A stretch of 51,428 bases of DNA from Phyllobates terribilis (lineage: Eukaryota): positions 1 to 51,428 of the forward strand of contig NW_027368227.1 in NCBI RefSeq assembly GCF_046119375.1, in the 5' to 3' direction. The notes beneath the pieces are model-generated. The model was given only the letters and a program-made list of their open reading frames with translations. It had not been told where the DNA came from and did no database searches. Position 1 is the stretch's first letter; every line of letters begins with the position of its first letter. Below, in pieces: positions 22,861-34,989 of the stretch. Made by a program: the position numbers and the translations under genes.

Positions 22861-23449
22861 CTGAAATAGAAAGACCTGAAAACTTTTCTGTTCAAATCTA
22901 ATTCAGTAATTTTTTAGAAGAAATGATCTTTATTGATACTACCATAATGGTACTCAAATCGTTCTTCCGCCTAGACAACATTCAGCGTACAGATTGCGCT
23001 TTACTATTTCATTATACCAATAATAATATCATTAGATGATAAATTCAGCAAATTGTAGATGTCTGCTAAAAATGCAGTGACATCTTTCTGTGGATCAAAT
23101 TCTAAAACTAAGTAGTAATTGCAAGTAGTTACTTTCTAGTATTTGCTTTATAACTTTTTCCAATCAATCCCAAACAAGAGTGGTGGATTGGAGAATATGA
23201 AGGGTTATGGATCAAATTAAAAGTCGTAGGTTATACATAATCGAAAGTTGTAATGAAATTTGTTTGTGATTTATTCTCAATTAGTAGTGAATAATAGATG
23301 ATTGCAATACAAACTCATATTATTTTAATCCAATTGTGACTCGGATCATTTTACCCCAAAAAAATTGTGACTCGGATCATAGTTTGATTTGAGAATTCTA
23401 TCATCTAGAAAAATCAAGAAAGTACGATATGGTAAAGGGGCAAGTATTA

Positions 23450-24545
23450 GCTATTAATTTTTTATTTTAATGGGTGAAGACAGCTGTGAAGACAACAAAA
23501 ATTATGATGAGAAAAACAAAAATGAGGAGCAAAGCAAGCAAGATTTTATGAGCATGTAGAACAATGAGAAACATTCGTTCTGGTCCGATCCATAGCTCAT
23601 TAACTGTCTACGCGAAATCGAGGAGAATACAAAAGGAAAGACAGATAAAAATCCAGCTACTACAGTCTTACCCCAAGTTGTGAAAGAAAATGATGACATG
23701 TCCTGGCCAACCATAAGTGACATAGGAACTAAAGCAACACGGAGTAAAGGTGTAAACACGTGAAATGGTTGTTGGGAGAGATGGAGATGAACAAGAGCCG
23801 AGATCATCCCATGTGGGGGACAATGTTAGAAAGTTAAGTTCAAGGATCTCACCACCAACCTTCCACTCAATAAGTTTTGAAGAGAAAGAAGATACTAAAC
23901 AAAAAAACAATGACGTTGAAAAAGAGGAGGATGCACAAGAAGCCTTGGCCAGACAAATTGAAGAAGATGAGGAAGATTTAAGGATGAGACTAAAGGTAAA
24001 TACTAAACCGTTAGTTAATTATTTTCAATTATACATCCGTTCAATAACCTGCCAAATATATTGAGCATTGTATTACAAAATATATAATTTATTGTATACT
24101 TGTGTGATTACAATTCAGCATGCTAAAGCAAAAGGAAAAGGGATCATAGTTGAACTAGCGGAAAAACTAGTAAGATACAATCGTCTCCAGCGTAGTCTCA
24201 GAAGCCCACTCAAACAGAGATGCACTGATGTATTATCAAGGCTAACTGAGAAACATCAAGTTGTTTACATGTACTGTGTTACAAGCAGTATAACTAAGTG
24301 TTTGTGTATGAATAAATTAGTAACTTAAATAGAATCAATGGGCAACAAAAATAGCATAATAATTATTTTACTAAAATGAAACAGTGAGCTAACCTTGTAC
24401 AAGGATTTGCACCATAATGTGAAAGCAGTTGAATTTGCAAGTATGGAGGTGGAGGTGCACTACAAATGCATGGATGAATTTACCACGCTCCTAAATAAAA
24501 ATGAGGAAGTACAAAGCCCAGAACATCACAACAGACTAACATTGT
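23450..24545 (+). pseudogene. Remnant of a MULE-associated Ulp1-like (peptidase C48) gene, 3'-truncated before the catalytic residues
   Basis: Three exons splice in frame (donor after 23995; exon 24119-24297; exon from 24385): SFWSDP..., SLRSPLKQRCTDV..LT, CMDEFTTLLNKNEEVQSPEHHNRL. This resembles the IDAWSxILNxEE...RLF start of TE-borne Ulp1 domains. Confidence 0.5.
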
Positions 24546-25258
24546 ATGTGATAATTTTTGTAAGTAAAAAGTATTTATTTAACATGAAAACATAACAAGT
24601 TTATAGGTTTAAAGCATAAGGTTCATATGTTTCCAATATAAGGTTCATGATTATGTATAGCATGGTTCATGATCTATATGACACAGGTACAAAGAAGAAA
24701 CTCATGTAATATTGAATTCATCATCAGAAAAATAAAATCAGCAGTACACCACCAAAGAAGTTAAATCCACAATATGCACGCATCGAAGAAAGTAATAAAA
24801 AAGAGAATTGAAATCCAAGGTTGGAACTTAATTTTTCAAAAGTTACTGCATAAAGAGATTAGATGAATACATAGAGTGATGAAGGAAGTGAGAGAGCAAT
24901 TCATCCAACCACCCAAGCAAACATTAATCATGAGTGCAAAATTAGAATAGAAATCACATAATTGATTGAAATAACCCGATAACAAGAATAGTACCACAAC
25001 ATCAAGCAGAAATTGAGGTGGCATGATTAGGTGTTATTGATTTTGGATTTAGGATATTAATTAAAATGAATTTAAAATCTTTTTTTTTCATTGTTAGATA
25101 TTTTAGGTGTCAAATCAGTTTTATTTTTTTATTGTTAAAATAATATTATAGTTGAAAGATATGATATTTAGAAGAAAAGATTTATTCATAATCTCATTTA
25201 TCTTTTCTGCAAAATTTAAACTTATCTTTTCTGCAAAATCAAAACTTCTTTGCTTTTT

Positions 25259-25696
25259 TAGTCTTGACAAATGGGTCAGTCGGGTCAGGTTTCGATTCGG
25301 GTCGAGCGAGTTTGGGTTCAAATATGGTTCAGGTTGAACGAGTTGATAAATTTTCAAGTCGGTCGAGTTCGTGTTATATCGGGTTTTTGGTCGGGTCTGG
25401 TTTAAAATAAAAATGTTGTTTTTTATGATTTTTATAGGAAGAAAATAAAATTTTAAAATAAAATAATATTATTGTATAATATTTTTTAAATATTAATACT
25501 ATTATATTGTTTAACTTATTATGTGTAATTATTTTTTATTTTATTAATTTTCGGGTGGGGTTTGACCCACTAATTTTCGGGTTAACCCGGTCTCGGGTCG
25601 GTCGGGTTAAGTATCTTTTCGGGTCGAATCGGGTTCCGTCCTTACCAATCGGGTTCAGGTTGATCCAACGGGTCGGGATAACTTTTACCAGGTCTA
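25259..25696. mobile_element. hAT-like MITE
   Basis: Imperfect TIRs TAGTCTTGACAAA / TTTACCAGGTCTA (9/13). Dense TCGGGT/CGGGTC subterminal motifs at both ends and an AT-rich core. 8-bp TSD not convincing. Confidence 0.6.
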
Positions 25697-26369
25697 GCTA
25701 TTAGAGATTGATATTATTAGTTAAAGGGTAGAATTGGATAAATTATTTTATTGAGCTACCATAAGCTTCTTTAAAATCGGGGGATCGCGTTAATAATTTG
25801 ATATTTTTCTAAGCTTTTTAAATATTTTTTACATTGAATACATAGCTTAAAGAATAAATGAAGCTAATTTAAGGTTCCGAATATTTCTGTCCAACGGAGC
25901 CTAAGTCCTTTCAAAAAGCCCAACTTTTTAGCGCATGGATTTTAGTTATAAGAGGATTTTAGGTTATTTTTTATATTACAAGTTACTAGATTTATGTTAT
26001 GTTAAGTGTTAAGTTATAAAATATGTGAAATAGTCTATAGGTTATTAGAATATATATTTTCTAAAGTATGATCACCATAATTAATATATTTTTTAGAATT
26101 TATATTAAATACAACATGAAAAACTAAATTATATTAAATATACTCAAAATGGATGTCGATAGATAGATAAAAATATAATTATAACATTTTTTTCTCACCG
26201 AAGTGTTAATTATATCATATCTTAAAATTCAAACGATTACAACACGAACCAATGTATTAATGACAAATGAAGTATGCTTTGATAAAGTCACTTTAAAATC
26301 TCATCAACCTCTTTTAATTTTTTTGAAATATTTAACAAATGACAAGTTGTGCTAAAAATATTTCTTACA

Positions 26370-27190
26370 CTTTTTTATACAAGGACAACATTGGAAATCC
26401 TTCTAACTAGAAGGCACTCCCGCATTATCCCAGTTTATAATGCTTACAAAAAGATGTAGGAAAGTATGGAGAGGTGATTGTACAGTCCACAATCGCGCTC
26501 TCGCATCCCTGATATAAAAATCAGGTGATCGGGAAGAAATTACATAATGTCTAATTTGTACTAAACTATGTCATCCACCTTGCCAATTGCTAGCATGTCT
26601 ACTGCTCTATTGCTTTCTCTAAAGCAATGAAGAAATTTGTAGTCTTCAAATTTATTTGTAATCGCCTTAATATCTTCAATGATATTCCGGATATTCCATG
26701 GAACTTTCCACGTGCATCGAATTGCGTTAAGTAAAACCAGATTGTCTCCTTCAAATATGACCCTTGGATAGTTCAGATTATCTGATGAGAGAATTGCTTA
26801 CAGGGTAGCTAATGTCTCGGCATGAAGGAACGAAATACATTGCACTATTTTCCTGATAATAGCAAGAACATTGCCTGATTCATCTCTTATAATATTAGAA
26901 ATATAATATTCACCCGATTGGCGAAATAAAGCATCAAAATTAACTTTATCCAATTTTTTGTTGGCCTTATAAATCATTTGTTTTGTTTCCTTTTTTAAAT
27001 ATTGTTATATGATGTTTTATTGTTTTTAATGTTATTAAAGAGCCTTGAAGCCTCCCAAGATTGAAAATTCAAGAATGCTCTTTCTACTAGAGAAAAGTCA
27101 TTTCTAGAAATCACGTTGAAATTTTTATTGTTCCTAGCAATCCATAGTTCGTACCATAGGAAACACATTATGTGTTTATGTCTATAGTGT
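26370..27190 (-). mobile_element. 5'-truncated L1-type LINE: ORF2 C-terminus with RNase H-like domain
   Basis: LWYELWIARN, IRPTKNWIKVNFDA, IIRDESG, HAETLA, RVIFEGDNL, VPWNIRNIIEDI and FLHCFRESNRAVDMLA match the plant LINE RNase H (RVT_3) pattern. Contains stops. Confidence 0.85.
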
Positions 27191-27316
27191 GTAATAAAGT
27201 AATCGAAATTGTCAGTTTATTAAAATTTATTAAGTGATTTGATTAATATCTTGGATCACACAACACCATCTAGCTTATTTGTTGTAAAAATAGATAGACA
27301 ATAAATCATGTAGTGA

Positions 27317-27882
27317 TGTTGGATAATAATTGAATCAAGTGAGAATGTTTTATGTAAAGAGTATTTAGCTCCTTACTGATACTTAGGATTACACAAAATT
27401 CCTTCAAGGATAAGACGGTCAAAGTTCCCTCTTGTTCTAGGCTAAGAGACAAGAGATATAAATAGAATTTTGTGTTTTGTTTGAAGTATTAATACCAAAG
27501 ATCGTGTTTCAATCAATTAGATGAGTGATTTTCGTATATCCTCCAATTCGCATAAGATTCCCTTTATATATCTCTCGATTGCGATGGTTAAAATCGGTTA
27601 TAACCATAAAATGGAGGGGAAAATGTCAAAGAACCATGTTGTATTGTAATCGTAGTATAAACTGCCCTTATATGAAGTTATGGTACTATATTAATCCGGA
27701 ATCAGTAAACTTCAGATATATTCCCTATCCCAGATTCCTTAAGTAGTTTTTTTTATCCTAGAACGGTTGTGTCCTGGGTATATTCTAGTTTCTAGAATCC
27801 CTTACAATTTATATCCTGGCTAAAATAGATAGAAATTCATCACTTTCATAGTCCAATTGTAAGACCATATATTTAACTCACA
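27317..27882 (-). mobile_element. Probable solo LTR (copia-type)
   Basis: The minus strand runs TGTGAG...TATATAAAG...TTATCCAACA. No matching 5-bp TSD and no PBS or PPT. Confidence 0.4.
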
Positions 27883-28138
27883 TATATTAGAATAATCTGA
27901 TCTTAATGTAATCTATGACAATGAAATCATTACTCATTAATATCATGAGTTTTGATGAAGACGAAATCGTTTACATGGGCGTGTACACCACAATCCACAC
28001 CTCCAAACTCACGTTATAACAACTTGCATTCATTAGTATCTTTGGTTAAATCCCTACCACACTTAACGGTCTGATAATTCACTTAAATCGAGGACTTATA
28101 GGTATGGACCCATAGTTCGTGCGGACTCTATCGACTTT

Positions 28139-28255
28139 GGAAGTGCACTGGTAGAGCATTGAGTAGTACACTTAGTAGTGCATGTACAAATGCATCAGTA
28201 ATGCACTAAGAAGTGCACCATGTAATGCACTCACAAGTGCACCTGTAATGCACCA
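28139..28255. repeat. Degenerate (A)AGTGCAC/AATGCAC repeat cluster
   Basis: Repeated AAGTGCAC, AATGCAC and TAGTGCA motifs at ~11-23-bp spacing. Same core as 49887-50039 and 50690-50885. Confidence 0.65.
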
Positions 28256-28520
28256 ATAATACATCGATAGTATATTGGATGATGAGTATTTACACTTCGC
28301 ATAGATATATAGTCCACACCGAAAACTTCTACCGCTTAAATCACCAACATTAATTGCATACTCGTGGGCACATGTGAGTAGTAACTAGCTAGCTAAACAT
28401 AACGAATGAAATTTCTTTTTTTTTCTTTTCTACTTCAATCTGAGCATCTTCAGTGTTTCAAGTCCTCCTCTTTAATTTACCTTCCATCTTACCTGAACAA
28501 TATATTACTGTATACATATA

Positions 28521-28780
28521 CTCTTTCCGTCTTAAAATGTTCTTCATATTTTATTTAGAAACGTTTGTCGATACACGTTTTTATGATGATTATATAATTT
28601 ACTATATGTCAGTAAAAATTATAAAATGTTGATGTAACTATATGTACTCATTAACACAAATAAAATAAGATCCTATATGACTATGGTTCTTATTTATATA
28701 TTGAGAATAATCAAGAAAACCTTCTTAAATTGTTAATAGTAACCATTTTTTAAATAGGAAGAACAAAATGGGACGGAGAG
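28521..28780. mobile_element. Stowaway MITE (260 bp)
   Basis: TA|CTCTTTCCGTCTTAAAATGTTCTTC ... GAAGAACAAAATGGGACGGAGAG|TA, with TA TSD on both sides. Confidence 0.8.
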
Positions 28781-28847
28781 TATGTAACATAGCTGTTTTA
28801 TTATACATGTAACTGTACTGGAGGAAGGACAAAAGAGAGTGACAGTT

Positions 28848-29027
28848 GCCAAAGGGGTGGTACCCGAGTGGTACATGGGTTACCCATGAAGTACTAGTCC
28901 CTGATTTCAATCCCCTCGATGGTATTATACTCACCATAATACTAATATATAATAAGGTGAATAGGGAACACCTTCTCGATGTAGAAGGGGTCCTAGTTTA
29001 ACCAGATTTTTAAAAAAAAAGAAAAAA
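28848..29027 (+). mobile_element. tRNA-derived SINE
   Basis: Box A-like TGGTACCCGAGTGG (28858-28871), stem-loop CATGGG-TTA-CCCATG, box B-like GATTTCAATCC (28903-28913), A-rich tail 29012-29027. Possible decayed TSD AAAAGAGAGTGACA / AAAAGGGAGAATGTCA. Confidence 0.6.
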
Positions 29028-30037
29028 GGGAGAATGTCATTATTTTACATTTTCTTTTTCAGACAAGAAAGAATGACTATTAAAAAAATGTAATGTCTAC
29101 ATTTTGACTTTGATTTTCTGGAATTCCTTAAATTCTTGCATCATATTTTCTCTACAAAAATATTATAAAATTTATTCAAGAAGGTAAGAGCTTATGTGGA
29201 AATGAACTAATTTTTAAATATAAAAACTACTATTGAGATTCATTGTACGAGTCGGTTATATGTCGCGACAAACTTTTACTAACTGTCGCAGTCCGAATAG
29301 TGACAAATATATGAAGCATAACTGTGACAAATCAAGGGGGGGGGGGCAAAACATGACAAATCATCTTGACATAACATTGTGACGATTTCATGTCCTGGTG
29401 ATTCGTGGTGATTAAAACTTGCAGATGCTTGATGAATCTACCTAATTTTCAAATGGTGGTGTTTTAGGGGCTCGTTAATACTTTTATTGGTTCTAACATG
29501 TTTTATGCCTTCTTATGATATTTTGGACAAAAAAATCGCATAAAATCATGTGGTTGGTGATATATGGCATGTAAACCCTTTTGGCATGATGAAAACGTTA
29601 TTTACATCGGTGAAAAGGGTTTGTATTGCATGTTTATGTTAGTAAATTCCCTACTTAAGATGTTTTGGACCAAAATATAACATAAAAATCATGAGCATGA
29701 TGATATCTGGAAGTAAACCCCTTCTTGACGATGTTTTAGATCATTTGTTTGGTTCTATTAATATGAAGCTTGTGTTTGTTTAATATGATGTCATTGCTTT
29801 ATTTCAGTGGTTACTTCCTAATGAGAAGTCACAAGTTAACATTAGTTTCATCTGGTTGACATCCACATTTTAACAAGACTTATAGCTGGCCACAATAGTA
29901 TACAACTGTCAACCACAAATCCTAATTCATGTATAAGACTCATTATGGTACACAATCTCTCACAACACACTGTTATATCTTAGGATTTCTTCATCAACCT
30001 CATCAACCTCTCACCTTATATTTTCTCATTGATAGAA

Positions 30038-30312
30038 ATGGCTTCTTCATCAACCTCATCACAACAAATAAAGTGTGTTATTCTGGGTTTCTATTAGTGC
30101 AACTAATTGTCGAGAGGTTATTGAATTACGGAAAAAGGTTTTGTGGATGTCCTGAATTCGGCACATATGATGTGAAGAAATCAAATAACAAAGGAGGTTG
30201 TAATTTTACATATTGGATTGGTCCACATTTCAGTCAATGAGCACAAGAGGTTATTGGGAAATTGTGGAAGGAGAGAAATGCGCTAAGTGATCATAATGAT
30301 GGTCTGATGAGG
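30038..30312 (+). pseudogene. GRF-type zinc-finger ORF remnant (DNA-transposon accessory gene)
   Basis: MASSSTSS...NYGKRFCGCP...GGCNFTYWIGP...*AQEVIGKL matches zf-GRF (N.GR.FY.C...C.FF.W). Has frameshifts and stops. Upstream GTCGC/GTGAC motifs (29265-29385) resemble CACTA subterminal repeats. Confidence 0.6.
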
Positions 30313-30658
30313 TTTAATTATTTTACGAGAGAAGACATCAAATATTTGGATAAAGTTAGAGTTGTTAGAGAAATAAGACGTCTTAGGGATCCTAATCCAT
30401 GATTTGATTTTTCTTTGTGAACCTTGTAGGAATCAAGCAGCTTTGTCCAAGGAGAGATACCAAAGAGGAATCGCATTATTTAGATTTAATGTAATGTTAT
30501 TTCAAAAATCTATTATTTGGATTTAATGTAACGTCAATTATGTAGCTAGTATAATATTTAGTTTTGTGCTAAGATTTTTAGTGATGAGAATATGTGCTCA
30601 TCGTTACTCTAACTGTTTGATATATGTTACGAAAATTATAGTGTGGACCATCCAACAT

Positions 30659-32222
30659 TGATACAGAACTGAGTCTTACGACGTTTTTGATGAAGATGAT
30701 ACTATATTGTACACCCGCACACATGATGAGACGGGAGATTAAGCTTTTATAAATATTTATATAGCTCGTCCCTAATTTGTAGCTTGTTTGGAATATTGGT
30801 TAGTTATTAGTATATTAAATATTATAGTTAGCCTTACTTGATTGGCTTTTCTTGTTATTAATTATAGATTAGTTAATTTATCTTAGACAATAGGTTCGAC
30901 TTTAGCTATTCTTTAGGATTTCACGTATTTTTTTATTAGTCTAGTAACGTGTTAGTTTATTATTAGTTCATTTTAATTCTTTTTATTATTTAGGAAATAA
31001 ATCTGTATATAAGGCTTTCATTTATGATGATTAAGTAAACTATTTATTTTGAAAATGACTTCAGATGTGTGGTTGTTTGAGAAACATCTTAAACTCCCTG
31101 TGAAAGTATCGGTTCACATTCAAGCACTAGTTGTGTCATTTGTGTTAAATTTTCATAGTATTGGTGAATTCGGCTAGCCAAGGAAAACTCTTTGTGTTCA
31201 TAGTTCGTCAACGATATTAGGTCGTGTAGAGTTATAAGAAGACAAAGGTTGGTAGGTCGTGCAACAATGGTCTAGCGTTCCCGTTCAATTGGAGGGCGCT
31301 TGTTGTCGTTCCTGTCGATTCAAGTCCAAACTATCTAGAACTTCCACCTTAAGAAGATTCGGGTTGATATGTCGTGCGGCATGGATCTACAACAGCCATT
31401 CAATTGGGGGTTCTTGTCTTCTTTCTTATTTGATAGGTCGTGCAGTATGGGTCTACAACGTCCATTAAATTTCGGGTTCTTGTTGTCGTTCTTATTGGTT
31501 TGAGTTCGACCCCATAGTTACAAATCTAAATTCTTGGTTTTTATGATACTAGTATCCTAGATCTATATCCTTCAGGTTAATTCTCGTATCAATTGGTATC
31601 GGAGCTATACAGTTACAAATAATATAATTCAAAGCCGCCCTCACCACCACTTCAAAAATCCCAAGCTTTGTTCCTCCATAGCCATTGTCCAAGGCTTGCA
31701 AATAAAACATATTTTGTTTATCATCAAAGAAGGAAAATGGTTCAAGATTCCATTTGAAAAAAGAAACTTCAAGATCTCAAGAATTAAAGGAAAATCAACA
31801 AAAAATCAAAGGAGATCAAGTTGTTCAGAAGATAAGGTATTTTTCATTTATTTGCTTTAATTTTTCTAGGAAAAAAATTGTTAGATTTATTTTGCAGGAT
31901 CCCAGAAAAATAAATTGCCAAATTAAAAAAAATTGCCAATTTTTCTAGGAAAAAATTGAGGGGTTCTTAGATCTATATCCTTCAGGTTAATTCTCGTATC
32001 AATTGGTATCGGAGCTATACAGTTACGAGTAAATATAATTCAGAGCCGCCCTCACCACCACTTCAAAAATCCAAGCTTTGTTCCTCCATAGCCATTCAAT
32101 TGAGGGGTTCTTGCCGTGGTTATTATTGCTTTGAGTCCAACCCCATGGTTACTAATCCGAATTCTTATTTTTTGTGAGACTCGAATCCTAGATCAGTATC
32201 CTTCGGGCTAATACACATATCA
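30659..32222 (+). mobile_element. Internally deleted and rearranged Ty3/gypsy (CRM-like chromovirus) LTR element, 1564 bp, no coding sequence
   Basis: LTR TGATA...GTATCA (30659-31591) and PBS TGGTATCGGAGC (31594-31605). A second LTR tip plus PBS copy lies at 31968-32096. A diverged 3'-LTR tip ends ...ATATCA at 32222. Flanks AACAT / AAGAT give a 4/5 TSD. Confidence 0.7.
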
Positions 32223-32476
32223 AAGATACTCATTAACAACTTATCAAACTTAGAAGTTTATACGAAGATCAACATTCAAACAGAAACAACACTTACAAAA
32301 TCAAATTCACACGCAATAACAGCAAAGAACACACTGAATAACGACATAGACTACAATCAAAAGGAAAAACCATAAAACCCACACTTAAAAACACAAACGA
32401 TAAAGCCCACGCTTAAAACAAGTTCGTCAAAACCCACCTTGAAATACGAGTTAAAAGAAATTGGCAGGAAATCGAG

Positions 32477-32584
32477 CTAAGTGTTGAACGGTTGTGGGTG
32501 CCATGGGAGTACCTTAAATTTCTCAAATTCCTTGGAACAATTTGCCCACCATTGATCATCATCATCATTGGGGCAAGGATGAAT
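32477..32584 (-). pseudogene. Possible C-terminal coding remnant (35 aa plus stop) of the disrupted KCS gene, followed by a T-rich 3'-UTR-like tract
   Basis: Directly abuts the Athila 3' LTR and is on the same strand as KCS. Reads IHPCPNDDDDQWWANCSKEFEKFKVLPWHPQPFNT*. Only weak resemblance to KCS C-termini (W..CI..YP). Confidence 0.35.
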
Positions 32585-33966
32585 TGATGAACGCTTGTGT
32601 TTATCCGGTCGTAAAAATTGTAAATATGGATTGCAAAAAACAAGCGTTAAAGCAATTAATTGGCGAGATTAAGATCTCACCAAGTTTATACCTATCTGGC
32701 ACTAAATCTTATTGGCTAGAATATAATGGAATCAAGGATCAAGTCCCGCAAGAGGAAACGACTTATTTATGCTTTATTTGGACAAATCTAAATAGAAAAC
32801 AAAGTTTTTTCGTGTGGTTTTGGAAATTAACTACGAATACAATGAGAAATGATTTTAGAAAACCAATTGGATATTAATCTTATCAAAGCAAATCCTTGTC
32901 ATTTGGTTAATAAATATCATTGTGATTCCATAGAATAATATTCTAGCATTTTTTATCGTATTCCTATACAATAATTAACTATCCAACTTGATTAACTATG
33001 ATGAACACCTATAGTTCAAATTACTGGAAGCAATAAGTAGAGAACACCAGGGAATAGGCACTTAGAGACTATCCTACAATGCAAAACTTACACAAAATAC
33101 CTAGTTCAAACTGAATCTAAGTTTTCATGCTTGTTACAAAGGAATAGGTTAAGAGGGACACCATTAATCTATCCTAACATGTATGAATAATAATCTTGAT
33201 CCTAGGTGATCAATCTAGTATCAAAAATAAGAATTCAATAGCATTTATAATCCAGAGATAAACAATCAAACAATGTTAAACCTCTCAAATCACTCAATAC
33301 ATCAAGCCAAATAAGACTTCAAAGCTTTACTAAGAAATTAGGTATCCCTTCATAACATGTTCTACAAAGATAATGCAATATAAATTCATAACTAACCTGT
33401 GGAGAAACTCTCAAAATTCAAGGAACAAAGTATGTAAACTCTCTCTAGAAAGAACGATGAAAAGAAACTCTGAAATCTCCAAAAGCATAACTACCTAAAA
33501 GATAATTCTAAAACCTTTATATAAGCTAAGTAAACTAAACCTAAAACTAATTAAGATAATTCAACAAAACTCGGCATTCATCAATAAAATACGAATGAAA
33601 TCGCAACTGAAAGATAGAAAGAAAGACTCGGTCTTTTAATTCGTCTGGAAATCGGTGGGCGCCGACGAGTCTTCTGTTGGCTTCGTTTGATTCTGTCATC
33701 GGTGGGCGTCTTTGATGCATTGGCGATAGCCGACAACTCTTCTTCCTTCACACTTCCTTATCCCCTCTTCGTGATCTTTAATCTGCTCATCTTCGTGCCC
33801 ACTTCTTCCTTATCGGCTCTCTACCTCTAAGAACCCCCATAATGGCTTGAATTAGACATATAGCTCCGGATAATGGAATGGACCAAATACGTCGTAATAA
33901 CTCCCATAAGTCTAGTAAAATGATGCTAAATCTATGCTTATAGATGCGTTGTAGATGTGCCTATCA
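32585..33966 (-). repeat. Athila 3' LTR (1382 bp)
   Basis: Minus strand TGATAGGC...GTTCATCA, alignable along its length to 40866-42214. Confidence 0.9.
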
Positions 33967-34989
33967 AACATCCCCATGCTTAAACTTCTACTCGTCCCGA
34001 GAAGAACACAATACCACTCTACTCTCAGTAAACCCCATGTAGAAAGCCCAAGTACAAAAACACTCATATAGAATGTAACACCCAACATAGCCCGTCCCTA
34101 ATCCAATTCAGCCTATACATCATCGTCTAATCTCACTGTAGAATGCTCTTAATCCTCACAAAATTAGTCATTCATAATCATATAATCATGTACCCTAAGT
34201 AACCGTAACCGATAAAGACAACGAACATCCTAATTATCATATAAAATAAAGGTAAAAAAATCCTAATTCCATCCTACACATCTCCTCCTCAAACACCATA
34301 TAATGACCTACTTCTCTAAATAATGTCCATCTCAACAACGCAGCTCAACCACCAATTCATAGAGAAAAGATCCTCATAGCACAACCACAACAATATGCAT
34401 CAAACACCGGAAAAGAAGTCTAATCCTAGTATCTACTGCATACCACTACCAAAAGCGTGTCCCAAATCTCCCAAAATAAAAATAATGAAAAAAATACCTC
34501 ATATAAAATGCAAAGTAATCTCAAGAACTCCATAAAAGAGATCTAAATGTGTAAGTTCAAATGAGAGGTGAAAATAAAATAGAAATTAATCTACACCTTA
34601 TCGCTCCTTCTAAAACCTACCTGAAATACTCCTATACTCCATCAGCTTATATCACTGGCACCAAAATGTGTAAAAGAACCATCATAAACACTCAAATTCT
34701 TTTCAGTCCAATTCTTGATTAAGCGCCCTTTCGGGTTTTCACTTAACACTCTCATAAAAAATGATCTCACCCACCTCACTCTCCAAATCTTTTTTTGTCA
34801 GGCCTAATGCCATGCAGATTTACATGCTTATTGTCTGAGAACCTCGAAAGATTTTTACTCATTCCAGGATTTTATATTGGCTCTTTTTGTGTATTTCAGA
34901 TTTATAGAAAATATGAATAAGTAACAAATATAAATCTACCTCCCCACACTTATACTAATCATTGTCATCAAGGCTAATATCAAACATAA

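Noticed and set aside
25700-25905. Possible Tourist MITE ending CCAACGGAGCC|TAA
   Set aside because: No matching left TIR found.
28848-28920. Possible tRNA gene
   Set aside because: No acceptor stem or full cloverleaf, degenerate boxes, and an unrelated body plus A-tail follows. A SINE fits better.
29336-29346. Poly-G run
   Set aside because: A single homopolymer in decayed TE sequence. It lacks the four spaced G-tracts that would argue for a selected G-quadruplex and may be a sequencing artefact.
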